Of a stretch of 64,000 nucleotides of DNA, positions 39,962 through 54,067 are shown one piece after another (within the stretch, counting starts at the first letter, position 1; every line of letters starts with the position of its first letter). The notes below the pieces were generated by a model. The model searched no databases. It had not been told where the DNA came from and was given only the letters and a program-made list of their open reading frames with translations. A program made the translations under genes and the position numbers. Source of the DNA: Vicugna vicugna (lineage: Eukaryota); the NCBI GenBank assembly GCA_013265495.1, contig MU058636.1, positions 7,270,295 through 7,334,294 on the forward strand, in the 5' to 3' direction.

Positions 39962-42629
39962 CTGTGGGGGAAGAGGAACAGAGGATAAAGATCGTCGGTC
40001 CGAGTGCCCGAGTCTCGAGGTACCGGGCCAGGCCCAGAATCTCGGGAGATTACTGCACCCACCACCAGGGAAGGGTTGGGCTTAACCCTCGGAAAGGGAC
40101 GCTCTCACACGATTCAGTCAAGGCTAGCTCCCCCCTCCCCCCTATTAACCAACAATAGATGGTGCTAGCTGTGTCTGGCTAATCACTCTCGACTTGGACG
40201 TTCCATGACTTTTCATTTCTTATTTTCAAAACCAGCATCCTTTGGCCCGCTGTTTAGGTTGGGCAGATTTTAGGTACCTCACCTCACTCCTCCACAGTCT
40301 ATCTGCAAATAGGTTTCAGGTAAGGTGTCATTCTGATCTCTCTTTTTTGTTTTTTTTTCCTATTCTTACCATAGAAAAAATTTTTCTTCCTTTTTCTATG
40401 GAATATCCTTTAAAAAACATTCAGCTTTGCCACATCCTTGGAGAAAGGTTAAAGAGTGGGTTTGTTAATTCCACTTTGAGATAAAGAAATAAGCACTCAG
40501 CAAGTCATCGACATGTTAAATATTACAGAACAACCAATATTTCCTTATGATTACCTTTATTCCTGAGGCAAAGACAGGACTGAACACCTAAGTTTTGTGA
40601 ATCCTTTGTAATTTTGGTGTATTTGGACCCAAGACCCACGAGAGCAAACCAGGTAACGACTGTATTACAAAGCTCACGGGATGAAACGATACCAAACATT
40701 TAACACTGTGATCAGCCACGAGGCAGTATCTTTAACAATGAACATTTCCATCTCTGCATCGATGCCCTGAGAAAACAATTTGGACATTTCAGTGCTATTT
40801 CTAAACAGTGAACACAGCTTGTCCTAAAAGATCGTCCTTCTGTTTCCCTGGGTTTATCCACTTGGTTGGCCTGATGGGAGCCAGGAGGCGGTGAGGGGGC
40901 GGCCCTGGCTCGTGGTGCCGGCTGTCTGTGGAGCAGAGAGAAGGGAGAGAGCATCTGTAGTTGAATTAATAATGAAGAGGAGGCGAGAAGCAAAGTTGAC
41001 CTAGTTTTCCTCTGCTTACCTGTCTCCTTTCAACCTCCTCCCATTCCATCCAGCCTTAACTGTGCACAAAGTTGGAGGGGAGAGAAGTTTGCCATACTTT
41101 CATTGTGCCCAACAGTATCTTGCATAGGAAATTCAAAGGTTTTAGTTCTCACCCAAAGGATGAAGATAGTTGGTCAATTGCTACTTAAGTCATTGCAGGG
41201 CCATTTCAGAACAACGTGCTAAGAAGAGCACGCACCACTGGACGAGTTCATCAAAGCTGACACAATCAGGATCAAAGCTAAATTCACGGCAGCGACGCAT
41301 CTGGAAGTTTCGGGGTTACCCTAGTACACCACACCCCTGAAGGTCACCTAGTTTGTGTGGGGTGCCCTTTATCTTCCAGTTCCTAGGAACCCCCCATCAA
41401 TCACCCTCGTGACTGGAGCTGTTTCCCACCCTCTCTTTCAGCCTCCCTTTGTGACCAGCAGCACACACTTGTCCTATGTCAGGCCAGAGAGAGCGATTCA
41501 GATTGTGACCTTGACACAGACTTTTCCTTGGTGTGACACTACTGTATAGTCATAACCAACCCTGTCGAAGGTACTGTAAAAGCATGAGCCTCTAAGCAGA
41601 GTGCTCTGCTGACTTTTATGGATGCTTGTTTGCGAAAATCTCGTACTTATGATATTGGAATACGAGGCTGAGACAAGGCAGATTTACAATGTCCAGGTCT
41701 GGAGAAAAGAAACACTGACACTATTACATTTGAGGGGCAGGTGTATGTTTTCTCCCAGAACAGGGAGATCTTTTATTCCCTGTGTCGTTGCTTTTGCTGT
41801 AGACGTAATGCTGTTCCAAGCAAAAAAGCCGTAAGGAAATGTCTAAAACGTAGACCTTCTCTTTTGGGCTTTCCAGCCCTTGAATTTCTTCCAGCAGCGC
41901 CACAAATGGTGTTTAATAATGTAGACACATTGTGGTCTGGGATGGCAGGTGCTGTCTTGTCATATGGTGTTTCAGATTTTAGAATACAAAGACACATTCC
42001 TTCAGAATCAAGCACGCAAATTAACAGACTAGAAGCGTGTTTCCCAGCAAAGATGTCCACAACTTATGTACTGCATTCCAAAATCGTGTTCTTTTAATAA
42101 AAACGTCAGATACTCAATACAGAACTCTGACCCAGATGATATGAAAACATCTTTTAAGCTGTAATGTTTTATAAACTTGCTGGTATTATTCACTAAACTG
42201 CCTTATCAACTAATGAATTGCATTTTCAATGTGAATTGCATTTACAATACCAAACGTCTGATGCCCTGAATGCTTGCCACAGTGCCAGCTGTGTTTTCTC
42301 TGCCTTATGAACAAAACCCCCTCCTGATTTTTAGGCTCTGGCAAAAAAGAAAAAAAGAAAAAAAAGTGGGGTTAACACAAGTCTGCTTATGTTTAAAATT
42401 GCTTATTTTCAACTTTAGGTTTGAGAGTGTACTTCAAGTCATATCAAATTCCATGCTATCTGATGGCACCAGAAAGAAGAACATTTAATTTCAAATAGGG
42501 AATTCTGAAATGAAAAGTTATCATTTTATTTCTTATGCCCAAATACAGCAAAATAAATGTATTAAATTTCCAATGGTGTTATCTCTTCTTTCTCCCAAAG
42601 AAGTAAGATAGTTAACATTAGACACTTAT

Positions 42630-43420
42630 CCAAGACAATGACCATTCATGGATTCAAAGAATTTCAGGGACTGAAATGGACCTCACAGATTATCTGTTCT
42701 ACCCTACTTCCAAAGAGACCTACAGAGACCAAATTCCCACTACAAAAATCCCAGCCCAGTGGTCAAATGGCCTCTGTCCAAAGACCTCCAGTACTAAACT
42801 CATTAATTCCTGAGACGGCCTCCTAACTGTTAATGAGGCAAAGAAAATTCTTCCTTGGGTTAATGTCCGAATGATGTCCCTCTACGTTTTCTAGTTTTCG
42901 TTCTTAGTTCTCATCTCTGAAGCCACCTAGCACAGGTCTAATTCATTTCCCAGTGCAACGATGCTGTAGATATTTGGAAATAGCTACTGGGCTTTTTCTG
43001 TGTCTTCTCTTTTTCAATGTCAATATTCCCAGTGTCTTTGGTCATAAGACAGAGTTCCATGACCCCTGACCTTCCAGGTGTCAGTATCTCTGATTAATGC
43101 TGGTGCTCAAAACACATGCAATATTCTAGGTGTACCCTGACCAGCACAGAACAGAGCGTTCTTCCTTGTGAATTGAATGTTAATGCACTTTGAGATCATA
43201 CTGATTTACCAGTAACAACATAACTTTTAAGCCTACACTAAGTTCACACTGTGTCAGATCTCCCTATCCTATATCTGAAAGGCTGGTGTTTTGGATCAAG
43301 TCTAAGACTTCTCATTTATTCATAGTAATGTCACATTTATTACATTCATATTCTGCCAGCCTGTCATTTTTTTGGATTCTGATTCTGTCACCTAACATTT
43401 TTGCTCTCTCCCAGCTGAAG
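42630..43420 (-). mobile_element. L3/CR1 LINE relic
   Basis: aaattcttcctt, aatattccccagt and caatattctaggtgtaccctgaccagcacagaacagag resemble CR1/L3 sequence. Confidence 0.5.
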
Positions 43421-45984
43421 TCATTCATTAATCACCATCGCCCTTTGTGTACACTCGTTGCTAACCCTAAACATACTGCCTTAGTGTGGGAACATTTTGA
43501 TTATTGCCCATAGGTCCAATTAAAGGATTGTAAAAATAGTAAAGGGAAAACATGCAGGTTCTTGTTCTTTAGAATTAATCCAGTGAAGTGGATCAGCCTT
43601 TATTTGTGACCTACAGAAGCTGAAAAGCCTACTTATATTTTTTCATGCTTATAAATGAAATCAATTTACTTATATGGTTTTTCTGAGAAGATAAACCATT
43701 TTATAGCATGTATGGTGATAAGATTTTGTGTTGCTTCTGTCAGTTTGCTAATTGTAAGGCATATGAGTGTACAGTGCAAAACATAGTTATTTTCAAATTT
43801 AATGCAAATAGCTGCGCTAAGAGGTCTTGTGACATTTGAAATGTCATCACCTCCAAGCAGATTTAATGGGAACCAGGTGGACAGGTTGCTGGCACCTGGA
43901 TGCTTTTACGGCACACCTTCATAAAAGCACTGCCCGAAGTAAGAACACACCCTAAGTGTAGCTATTTAGCTTGGGATCACATAACAGATGGAGAACATAT
44001 CACACTTTTTGAAGTAAGTGAGAAAACTGACATAACAGCTCTAACCACATTTTACCAAGATGTATCGACCATGTAGGAAAAAACAGTCTGTTTCAAATAT
44101 AAGTGGTATGACCTACTCCTGTCATTTGTATTAATGGTGTCACTCAGCTGGGGTCCACACTGAATAAAGATCACAAAAATATCCAATCAACCCAACTGAT
44201 TTAATCAAGGTAGAAAAATCTCACCAGGTAACTCTTGCTTTGTCTGGATAACTGTATTATTTCCGCTTCACATTTTGCCTTGGTATACAGTTATTACTGT
44301 GTTAAGATTTATTTGGAAAATGACAAACAGAGAATTTAGAAATCAACTGATCAATTTTATAAAGGAAACACAACCAACAGATACTTAACAAACTCAAACA
44401 GTTGTCTCGGTGATCCTGACTTGAGATCTACAGAGTCTCTAAAGATGACCTCATATAACAAAATTAAATCATAATCTTGGTGTAGACAGCTTGAAATCCA
44501 AGGGACTCTATGTGTATATAGAAAAACCATACATTTATTTACTTTCCAAGTGGGTACGGACTAATAAGATGATGACATCAATCTGTAATAAGTAATAAGG
44601 CTCCATTTTTTGAGACAAGGCACAAGTTTTCCCAAATTTTCCAAATTTCTTTGTCTGCATTCTCCATAGCATGTTCAACCTAGCGTTTATGGTGTAGGCA
44701 GTCATGTGCATAACTCAGCATGAATACTGAAAAATGCAAACGTTATCATAAAGATCTGGTCAAAGTTTTTAAAAGACTGTAGAACTGTTATTCATGAAAT
44801 TGGGTTTACTTAGAGGAAGGGAAAATGAAAATGGAAATGTTGGCATTAAATCTGTTAGCGAAGCCATGGGAGCCAAGATTTCAAAAATAAACGTGTTTGG
44901 TTACAACTCTGTTGTATCAGGCAGTCTGCTCACTTAAGGCCAGGACCTATAAATTCAGAATCTGAGCCATTTGTCTTGGTGGGCACCAGGTCTCCTCTTA
45001 CGAGTTTCTCTTCATGAATGAAATCACAGTTTGGAAGGGGACCAGGAAAGTGTCTAGTTTAGCTCCTCTCAATAAAGTAATTCCCCCCGTGACTTATTCC
45101 TCAATTCTGATTCCCAATCAGTGATAAAGGGAGCTTACCACTCTTTCAGGCATCTGCTCCATTTTATTTTAAACTCTAGCATATGAAAAAAGTATAAGCA
45201 CAATTTGGAATTTTATAAATTTGTAAACATACTTTCCAGTCGTACCATTATTGCCTTAAGCACTGATTACATTTAGGTTATCATGGAAATAATACAGAGG
45301 ACCCATTAAAGCAAACTACAATTTTAAGGTAAGAATGAACCTCATAAAAATGTTAGATTTAAAACCAGAGCTTTAGACTTCTATGATAATTTGAATGTAA
45401 AAATACTTTTTTCTAACTAGGCCAGTAGAATTTTCTATTCTCCCTTATACTAAACTACGAATGAAATAGATTGTGGATTTTTGTTCTATATTAAAGTTGG
45501 GTAATCAAGTATTTTATTATATACTTGTTTATTTTATACATTTATTTATTGAGTGCTTTTAAAATAACTTTCAATCATGCACATACCTATTTACATGCAC
45601 ATTTTTCCCCCCTGCAAATTAGATGACCTTGGGGAAAATGTTCTTCATACCTAGGAGAAAGTTCGTATGTTTAAAATTTCTTTGCTTCAACCAATTGCCA
45701 ATTCATTTGAAATATCCACCCTTAAGACAATCCTGAGAGGAAAGTGTATTAATGATTTTAATATAACCTAGTAAAACAGAATTCTTCATCAGAGAGTCGT
45801 ATTTCATTGTTATTGTTGGTATTTTATACCTTAGATGTCTTTTGCAGTATCTCAAGGATCCCTTGTTTGTGCAAATCACATCACAAGAACACCACAAATG
45901 TGATTTATGAAGGTAGCCCTTACCCCACACAGTCATTTCAGTTTTAACATCTACCGATCAAGTTTTCTGAAAGAAACCCACTGA

Positions 45985-48900
45985 ACAGCATTAAGTTGTT
46001 TTTCCTGTTTATTGTATAGTTATTCTAAGGTGGTAAGTGTCACAAAGTTAACTTTGAGCGGAATAACACGGTCCAGTGTGAAACACAAGGTACAGCGTTT
46101 TACAGTGAAACCAACAGCACACAATGATGGAACTTTCAAAACTGGGTAGTTCAATGAAACGTTTCCTCATTTCGCCCTATAACACTCTGCTGCCGGCCTC
46201 AATTGATGGATTTTTAAAGCATGTTGCTGTTTAAAACAGTTTAACACCAAATGTTCCTTTTAAGAGAATACACATCCAAGCAATTCAAACTGTAAACAGG
46301 AAATATGTCAACCTCTTTGTGAAAACTGTGTCCAAATCTATAGCATTCATGGCGTATTTTTAAGTAAAATGTCCTAGAACAAATAAACTCAATTCCTTGC
46401 TTGTTGATGAATATAAACTAAAAAAACAAAAACAAGAAAAACCACTAAGAAAAAAAATCACAAGAAGATTCACTTTCATAGTTCTTTGCCTATGACCTTT
46501 CAGATACCTACTACCCTGGCTTCAAAAACATTTTGTGGCCATATATAATACAAACATCCATGTATTACATGCATCATTTATACTATCTTGGAATTTATCC
46601 ATCATCTTTACTAAAATGAACTACATTTTAAAGACACTATATATCATGCTCTCTGAAAAATTATGGCTAGGCCTCAGATTTCCTATCTTTTCCACATGCA
46701 TTACAGGCACAATATTACAAATATCTTTCAGCTGACAGTATAACAAGCTGCAACAAGCAATTGGTGTGCTGAATTCAATACAGCTCTAATTTTCACACTA
46801 TACTTCTGTGGGATACAGTTGTCACTAACATGCACAATCAGGGATGCTAGCTAGCAAGGCTAATGCAGATACGCACAAGTAGGCAAATGCAGACATGTAT
46901 AGCATCTTCATTCAATTAACATTTGTGTATATATACCTGCATATACTTATATGGGTATATAATCACACAGACAGCAAGTATAGTAAGGTTACCACTGAAA
47001 ATACATCAATACTTTAGAACAGAGTTTTGAAGAACACACAAAACTGCCTTACAGGTTATCTGGCTTTGTTATTAAACTTACTTCACATCAAATACAGTTT
47101 GGATTCTCCTCTATTTATATTTCAATATAATACTCAACTCCTCACAACTCTATAAACCAATACTGCCTTTTTCAGCGAATACTGACTGATAATCACTACA
47201 TGTCACACACATTAGAGAAACATCATCGATAGTACATAATCATTTTAATAACTGAATATCAAGACATAACAATATAAGCATTCAGGTAAGCTTATATTTA
47301 ATAGTTAACAATATTAAATTTATCTGAATTTGAAAATGTTTTGTTAATCTGTTTATCCAGATTTTTCAAAATAATTTAGTACATCTGACTATTTGGAACC
47401 ATTCTGCCATACTAGTTTAGCAAAGTACCTTTGAACTTAAACATGCCCCAATTAATATGTCACAAGTAACGATTTATGACATGAAAGGTTTTACATAAAA
47501 TTCCACAAGAGCCAGTAACTTATAAGGCTGTGTCACAAATACCATACTTTACTATGTATGGTCTATAAACACACACAAATACACAATACACAAATACACA
47601 AGTAACCACACCCATATATACAGTAAGCCCTGCAGGTTTACATAAACACCTACACACCTGGGTAGGTACATGGCCGCATGTGAAAAATTTAGTAGTCCAA
47701 TGGCTAAAATACATGGAATTATTTTTCAAGAATATTATTCTATATATTCATTCATTTGTATTAAGAAATGTGGCTTTAGACTTCACTGTTTTTAAATGAA
47801 AAAACAAAAACAAAAACAAAAACAAAAAGCCAAAACCCAATCACATAAAGATTTGCAGTGGATGCAACCAAACATACCCCTGCTGGTTAACACAGGGAAC
47901 ACATACTTATGGTACATAAATGTTGGTTCAAAATGTTTTTAGAAGATATTTGAGTTTTTCATATTTAGACGAGCCAATATAAGGACACAGGGAGGTGTAT
48001 AGATGGGTGGACCTGTCACTTCTTCAAAACCTATGATAGTATGAAAACCTTGTGCATTCCCGACCCCCTCACCCCCACTTAATTGACTAGACAAGACAAA
48101 GAAGAAACAAACCAACTGATTTCCAGAGCTAGTCTTTTGAGTTCACACTGAAGTTTAGACTTGATATACCATTAGGTTTGGCATTTCTAAAATGCTGAAG
48201 GCAGGGAAATACTTATTATATCTTTCTCTATGATGTCTAAGGGGAAAAAAAAGTAAGTGCAAATGAAAAAAAGTATCAAACTTTTACCTAGAGTGCAATG
48301 TCTTCACAGAACACTTAAGGTTTAGCTTAAGGACAAAAATGCATTGCTTTTACTAGAGGTCTCTTCTACCTAGTAGAACAATTAAAAATTTTAGTGTCTA
48401 ATTTAAAAAAAAAATTCTAGACGTTAAGTAAGTCTTAAGTGCCTACAAATCATCAGTTCGGCTCCACCAACGGACTGAAAACTTCTGGTTTGTCGCTATG
48501 GATTTTTTAAAATTTCTGCTTTAGTAAAATGGAATTATGCTTGCGTAGAAAGAGATCTCAAAGTCTATAAATGGTGTGCTGTTTCAATCTCTGAGGGATT
48601 TTAGTTTCTAAAAGTAAATGATATATATTGCCCCTGAACAGTCCTTTAATAAAAGTCATATGTTCAAAAGATTAAATGCTGTGGAATAGCATTTCCCTTG
48701 GAACTGCTTGAATGGAAAGTTGGCCATGATATCTATTGGCAATTAGTACAAGTCCAGTTTCTTTTTGCCATGTCTAAACAAAGCCCTGGGCTTCCTAGCA
48801 GTTGGTGATATCTGCCACTTATCCAGAACAAACAGCATTTATTGGACCCTTCGAAGCAGTAGTTGTCCGTAAGATTGACAGTTCAGGGAAGTTAAAATTA

Positions 48901-50962
48901 TTGGAATTTATTTTTGTTCTGGACCATCTGACGCCACCAGACTTAAGTTAACTGTTCCACTGCTTTCTTTGCATTTCTGACAGTTCAGTCAAATACATAC
49001 TAATCTTTTATGGACTCAACTGTATTAAGTAATGCATTTTACAAAGACATAACTAGAACAGACACCAGCATAGGCAACCTCACAGATGTTTACTGTTTCA
49101 GCTAAAACAAAGCAGCCTTTTGATCTCAGCAGGAGTCTGCTCATTTCTATTGGAAACAGTTTTAAAACCTGAAGTCTGGAACAGGTATTATTATGAACTG
49201 TTCTTTCAAGATGGAATGGTTCAGTTTGTGGTTCTCGAATAACCTGCCAGAGAAGTGTCTTTCTCTCCAACAGACAGGATAATGAGGCACTAATTATTAT
49301 AAGGCTAAGTTTTCAAATGCTGTTAGGTTGCCTGGACTTTTTTTTTCCCCTTCTTTCTCTTATGGTTGGAATATTTTATTCACTTGGAAAGTGAGATAGT
49401 AACATATATAACTATAAACCAGATGGTAAAATTTGATAGTTGAGCAATTTATCAAGGAGATAAATTGATAACGTTTAAAACAGTATATGACAACTGAATT
49501 TCTCGCCATCTTGAATCGAACATTTTGTTTTTAAAATCAGTTTTCAAGTAAAATTTGAAAAAAACCCAAGTGAAAGCCTCCAAATGGCAGCATACATTTT
49601 TAATTTATCACCTACCGAGATATGTCAAGCCTGTAAAATATCAAAACCATGCTACACAAGTCTTAAATTGTTAGTGTTTGAAGTAGTAAAACTAAATGAT
49701 CACTAGGGTACGGCTTAAATACAACAGACCATACACATGAAATTAATTTTTAACATTCAGATTTAAAAATAACTATTTTATGTTTAGGCAAAGCTGACTA
49801 TGATTCCTTAAACAGAGGACTAGAAAAGCAGAATTAGTAGGTTAATGTTTAACAATGTGTTATAATCATAGACCTACTTGGCTGAACACAAAAGTAGTTT
49901 TGCATATCAAAATTTCCAAAACACCAGCAAGATCCAGGATTTATCAGCATGGAGATTTGGATATTTTTGGCCAGATTTATGTAGCACCATTGAAAAGAAT
50001 TTTGCTTTTCAAATTGAATTTTTGGAAGAACTCCAGACACAATTTTTTTAGGTCTGTGTGTTAAAAAAAGTTTCCTAGCTTCAGCCTTTGCACATTTCAA
50101 AAATCACATACATGGCTGTAGGGAGGAATTATATAATTTATAACAATGTCATTGAATAAGTTCTTCATGTTAGTATACAGTTTAAGCTATACTTTTGCTG
50201 TTTCCAATCAAAGATAAGTTTAAAAAGTGAAATTTACTTGACAACAAAAACAAGGAAAGTTCCTGATGCCTGATGTGAGCATCTTCATGAGATGTGTCCT
50301 TGATGTGAGCTTTTCCTCACCTACGTTACACACAAAATGATAAACCGCTCTGAATACTGTCTAGGAAGAAAAAGAACACTACTTGAATATTTTAATTATT
50401 TTGCAATAAAAGTACTTTAAAAATCAACAATCCAAATTTTATAAAGAATATAACTTTGAGGGAAAAAAATGTCTGCTAATGCCATTTTAATCTGCTTGAC
50501 CAGAAAATGTGTACAGAATTGTACAGAAAAATTCTGTCTACATGTCTACTTATGATTAACACGGAAACCTCATCTACAGAAATTATGACTCTGCATTGAT
50601 ACATTGATCAGAGTATGAATAACTACAGAGCTAACACATCATTCGTGTGTTCTGATACTCAAGGCTGGGCCCATATATGAAATTCATCTAGAACCAGGCC
50701 TAGCACAAAATTTTTAGCAATTGAGGGAGTCTGTGTTCAAGGTCCTGCAATCAAACCAACGTAGGAGATATTAAAAAAAAAATCTCCTTCAAGGATTAAC
50801 ACTATGAATATAAAATGTCTGGATATTTACTTTTATATGATTTGGGCTTCATAATTGTAAGGTATGCAAAACTCTTTTGTGCATTTTGCCGTTAGACTTT
50901 TGCTTAGGAGACACGAAACCTTCACCCAACCACAAACCATATACATTGCTCCATTGTCTCTT
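45985..50962 (-). other. DCLK1: Probable long 3' UTR of exon 8 (CARP/DCL transcripts)
   Basis: AT-rich stretch after the stop codon, with no interspersed repeat I could recognise. It ends at a minus-strand AATAAA (46013-46008) followed by GT/T-rich sequence. The 3' end is inferred. Confidence 0.6.
46008..46013 (-). terminator. Candidate distal polyadenylation signal of exon 8
   Basis: The minus strand reads AATAAACAGGAAAAACAACTTAATGCTGTTCAGTGGGTTTCTTTC: hexamer, spacer, then a GU/U-rich downstream element. Confidence 0.5.
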
Positions 50963-51019
50963 TTACACTGAGTCTCCTACTGAATCCAAGTCCTCCGAAG
51001 AGAGGGGGCGATACAGGTC
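50963..51019 (-). CDS. DCLK1: DCLK1 exon 8, alternative terminal exon of CARP/DCL: DLYRPLSSEDLDSVGDSV-stop
   Basis: TTGCAG|GAC acceptor in phase 0, matching the exon 7 donor. TAA stop at 50965-50963. The peptide resembles the doublecortin C-terminus. Confidence 0.95.
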   Translation of the reverse strand, partial: DLYRPLSSEDLDSVGDSV

Positions 51020-53350
51020 CTGCAAGATGAAGGGCGGTACAGACTCGTTTACTTGGTTTCTTAGGTGCCCTGAGGCGCTCTCAGGAGTGGAGCAACACTG
51101 AACGGCATCCTTGGTCTCTAATGTCATTAGACCTTTTAGAGTCACCAAGTTTGGATAAGAGGAAAGGTAATCATTGAGAAACCATCTAAGTAGATAAACA
51201 TGATGCTTATTTTGCCTTACTGGTTTGATCTGCTCATGAGCTTTTGCTCTGTGTCCAATTGTCTTACAGCCCCTGAGGTCTGTCAGTGTCACCTCTGCTA
51301 CTATGTGCCGAGGCAGCTCTTTCCTGAACATTTCCTTCCCATTCGGGGTAGAAGAGGAACATGCTGACCTCACACAATAATTTATTAGGAGCCCCAGCTG
51401 GCATTCAGCAAATTCTGGTCCCAGAGCAGCAACTCAAGGGTTGCATTTGCACACCGCATACACCCAATAAACATTGCCTTTTCGAAATTGTATGTTTGGA
51501 AGACAGAAAGAATGTGAACCTGACCTCCCTGCTCCCTTTCCAATGCTCTTTCCGACTCCCCAACCGCCAACCCATCATCTCCCCTCTTCTTCCCTCCGCC
51601 CCTTTCTGCTACGAGATCTCTCTGTTGGTAGCCAGGCAACCAGCTCAGATCTGGCAAGAGAGTCTAGAATCTCAGCTTCTTTTCTATGTTGAACCACCCA
51701 CTCCTCACATCATCTGACTGATCAGATAATCTACAAAAGTCAGGGATGTGGGAGTATAATGGGGAGCTTCATTCAACCTACACAACACGTTTCTTCCTGA
51801 CGTATTAAGAAATGGGACCCCAAAAAGTTCATGGGTGGAAAAGATCCTCCAGGATCTGCTTCTGTGACCAAACGCTTCTATAGACAGCAATTTCAATGAC
51901 AGTGTTTTGGGAAAAATAAGGGGGTTGCTTTGTACACTGCCACCAGTAATTTCATGATAAAAAATATCTGGCAAGCAGACACTATATGACTATTCTAAAA
52001 TACCCAAGGGGGTAACATAAAAATATGATTTTAATGGAAGAAAAAAAAGGTGATTAACCATCATGATTAATATAAATAAAAAATACAGATTTTCTTACTT
52101 GTGAAGAAAGGGGTCAAATGTCTCAATACTCCGTTAAAAAAACAACAAAACCAACTTGTATTCCTGTGTTTCAAAATGATGTACGAAGTGTGAGAATGCA
52201 TGTGTGTGTGTGAGAGAGTGTGTGTGGTGGGGGCAGGCAGCCAACTCATTTTCCTGGCCGTGTTGCTATGCAACACAGGAGGAAAAATAGAAGTAGCTAC
52301 TGTTTTCCAATTTGCAATAAAAAGAGTTAATTTATTCTTTGAAGTGTCTTCTTTTAGCATTCGCCATCTTTCACTTATTTCAGTATTTCCTGCATAGGAG
52401 TATAGCCAACCATTTGAGAAGAATATTAACCAAATCTGAAACAGGATCAGTTTTCAGGGATATTCTAGGCTCATTTTAACCAGGAGGGATTATTTGATGC
52501 AGTTGCCGCCACACCAAGATGAAAGCTCCTCTCACTAAAGCAGCTGGGAATGTTTCTACGCCTTGACATGGTACACGGATGGAGGATGTGCATTTATGGC
52601 CTCAATTCAAAAGCTTGGAAACCTAACCGTCTCTGAATTATCCTGTGCTCTGCTCACAACATGTGCTTAATAAATGCTTTCAGATGATAATAAACCTTTT
52701 GTCTCCTTAAAACACACGGGATTGTTTTTCCCTCTCACGTGCGGTGCTTGCACTGGTAGTTTAAATAAAGACAAAATAAAGACTGTGAGAGAACCATTCC
52801 GTGTAATCATTCTCCAAGCCCTGGTGATGTTAATTATATAAGCCACTGGCCACACAGCTGCTGGGACCTGGATGGAAATGTTCTGCCTCAGTTGGACAAA
52901 GCCACAGTGAAGCAGAGAATACAGAGGGCAGAAGAAGTAAATTCTAGCCTCATTCTGCAACAAAAGGGCAGTTGAGCCCAGTGCTTTCTATCCCAAGATG
53001 GACGTGTCCACTGTCAGCAAGCCGGGGGAAGCTCAGGTCGGTGGCAGAGAGTCTCGTTCACTCTAATCTCACCTCAACAACTAAGCAGCAGCTAATCCCG
53101 AACCCAATTTAATCAGCCCAAAGGACGAAGAGGGATTTCTACGCCAGGTGTACTCTCCAAAGCATACACTTCAAAAAAGAGAATGTCCTATGCAAGAGGA
53201 CCCTCTCTGTCCTACTTCTAACGGCTGCACCTATAGATGGAGGTCTCGCTGGGTAACATTTACAAGAAATCAAGTCACCCCACTACCCCTTCCTCCACTC
53301 GAGGACAGACATTTAAAAGATTAAATTAATCTGGCCAATTCTTCTTTTAA

Positions 53351-53529
53351 CAGGTACTTATTTATGTATTACATATATATTTTATATTTTTAACATATAT
53401 CTATCTTAATATGTATATGTACATTTGGGGTGTAATTCATTTATTTCTTTAATGGAGGTACTGGGGATTGAACCCAGGACCTCGTGCATGCTGGGCACGC
53501 ACTCCACCACTGAGCTACACCCTCCCCCA
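53351..53529 (-). mobile_element. tRNA-derived SINE (Vic-1-like, camelid type), full length with target-site duplication
   Basis: Minus-strand head GGGGGAGGGTGTAGCTCAGTGGTGGAGTGCG...GGTCCTGGGTTCAATCCCCAGTACCTCC with A and B boxes, then an AT-rich tail. Flanked by ctggcca(a/g)ttcttcttttaa at 53331-53350 and 53530-53549. Confidence 0.85.
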
Positions 53530-54053
53530 CTGGCCAGTTCTTCTTTTAATAGTTCCCCAGTGACCCCTGCACTTTAGACTGTGGCCAAGAAGAAACCACA
53601 GTGAGAACACTCAGCTGGAACTGGAAGAGAATGACTGGGTTTTTCTATCTGGAAAGAGCCTTTTTTTTTTTCTTTTGGTTTGGTTTGGTTTTTCCTAAGG
53701 CTTAGAGAGGATAACAAACTTATTTAAGATAACACAGCCATTTAGTGGAGTTGCTGGTGCCAAGCTCCAGGCCGCATCCAGTAGCCTAGACAAGCTAGAC
53801 TTGACACCAGGAGGCTCCGTGGAGCGAGACAGTACCACCTGGCGTTTGGTGGGCCAGGCTCCAACGGGGTCAGGGACTGACTCAGTCCCCTGCTCCCACT
53901 TTTAGAGGACGGGTGGTCATGACCTTGGCAGGAGGCTTGAAAAGAGGAGCTTCCATCTTGGATGCAGTTTTAATGTATGGAACTTCGAAGTCTCATTTTA
54001 AAGCACATGATACAAGAAACTAAATTCAGGAACCCTGGCTTTGAATTCAAAAG

Positions 54054-54067
54054 CCGCCAAGGGGCGC
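54054..54067 (+). promoter_or_regulatory. CTCF-like motif
   Basis: CCGCCAAGGGGCGC(TAG), one mismatch to CCGCCAGGGGGCGC. Confidence 0.45.

Noticed and set aside
51020..51373. Upstream part of the 136-aa ORF 50963..51373 as coding sequence
   Set aside because: It is intronic read-through before the exon 8 acceptor; only the last 18 codons match DCLK1.
53450..53529. tRNA gene
   Set aside because: The tRNA-like head continues into a SINE tail between target-site duplications, and degenerate copies occur elsewhere, so it is a SINE.
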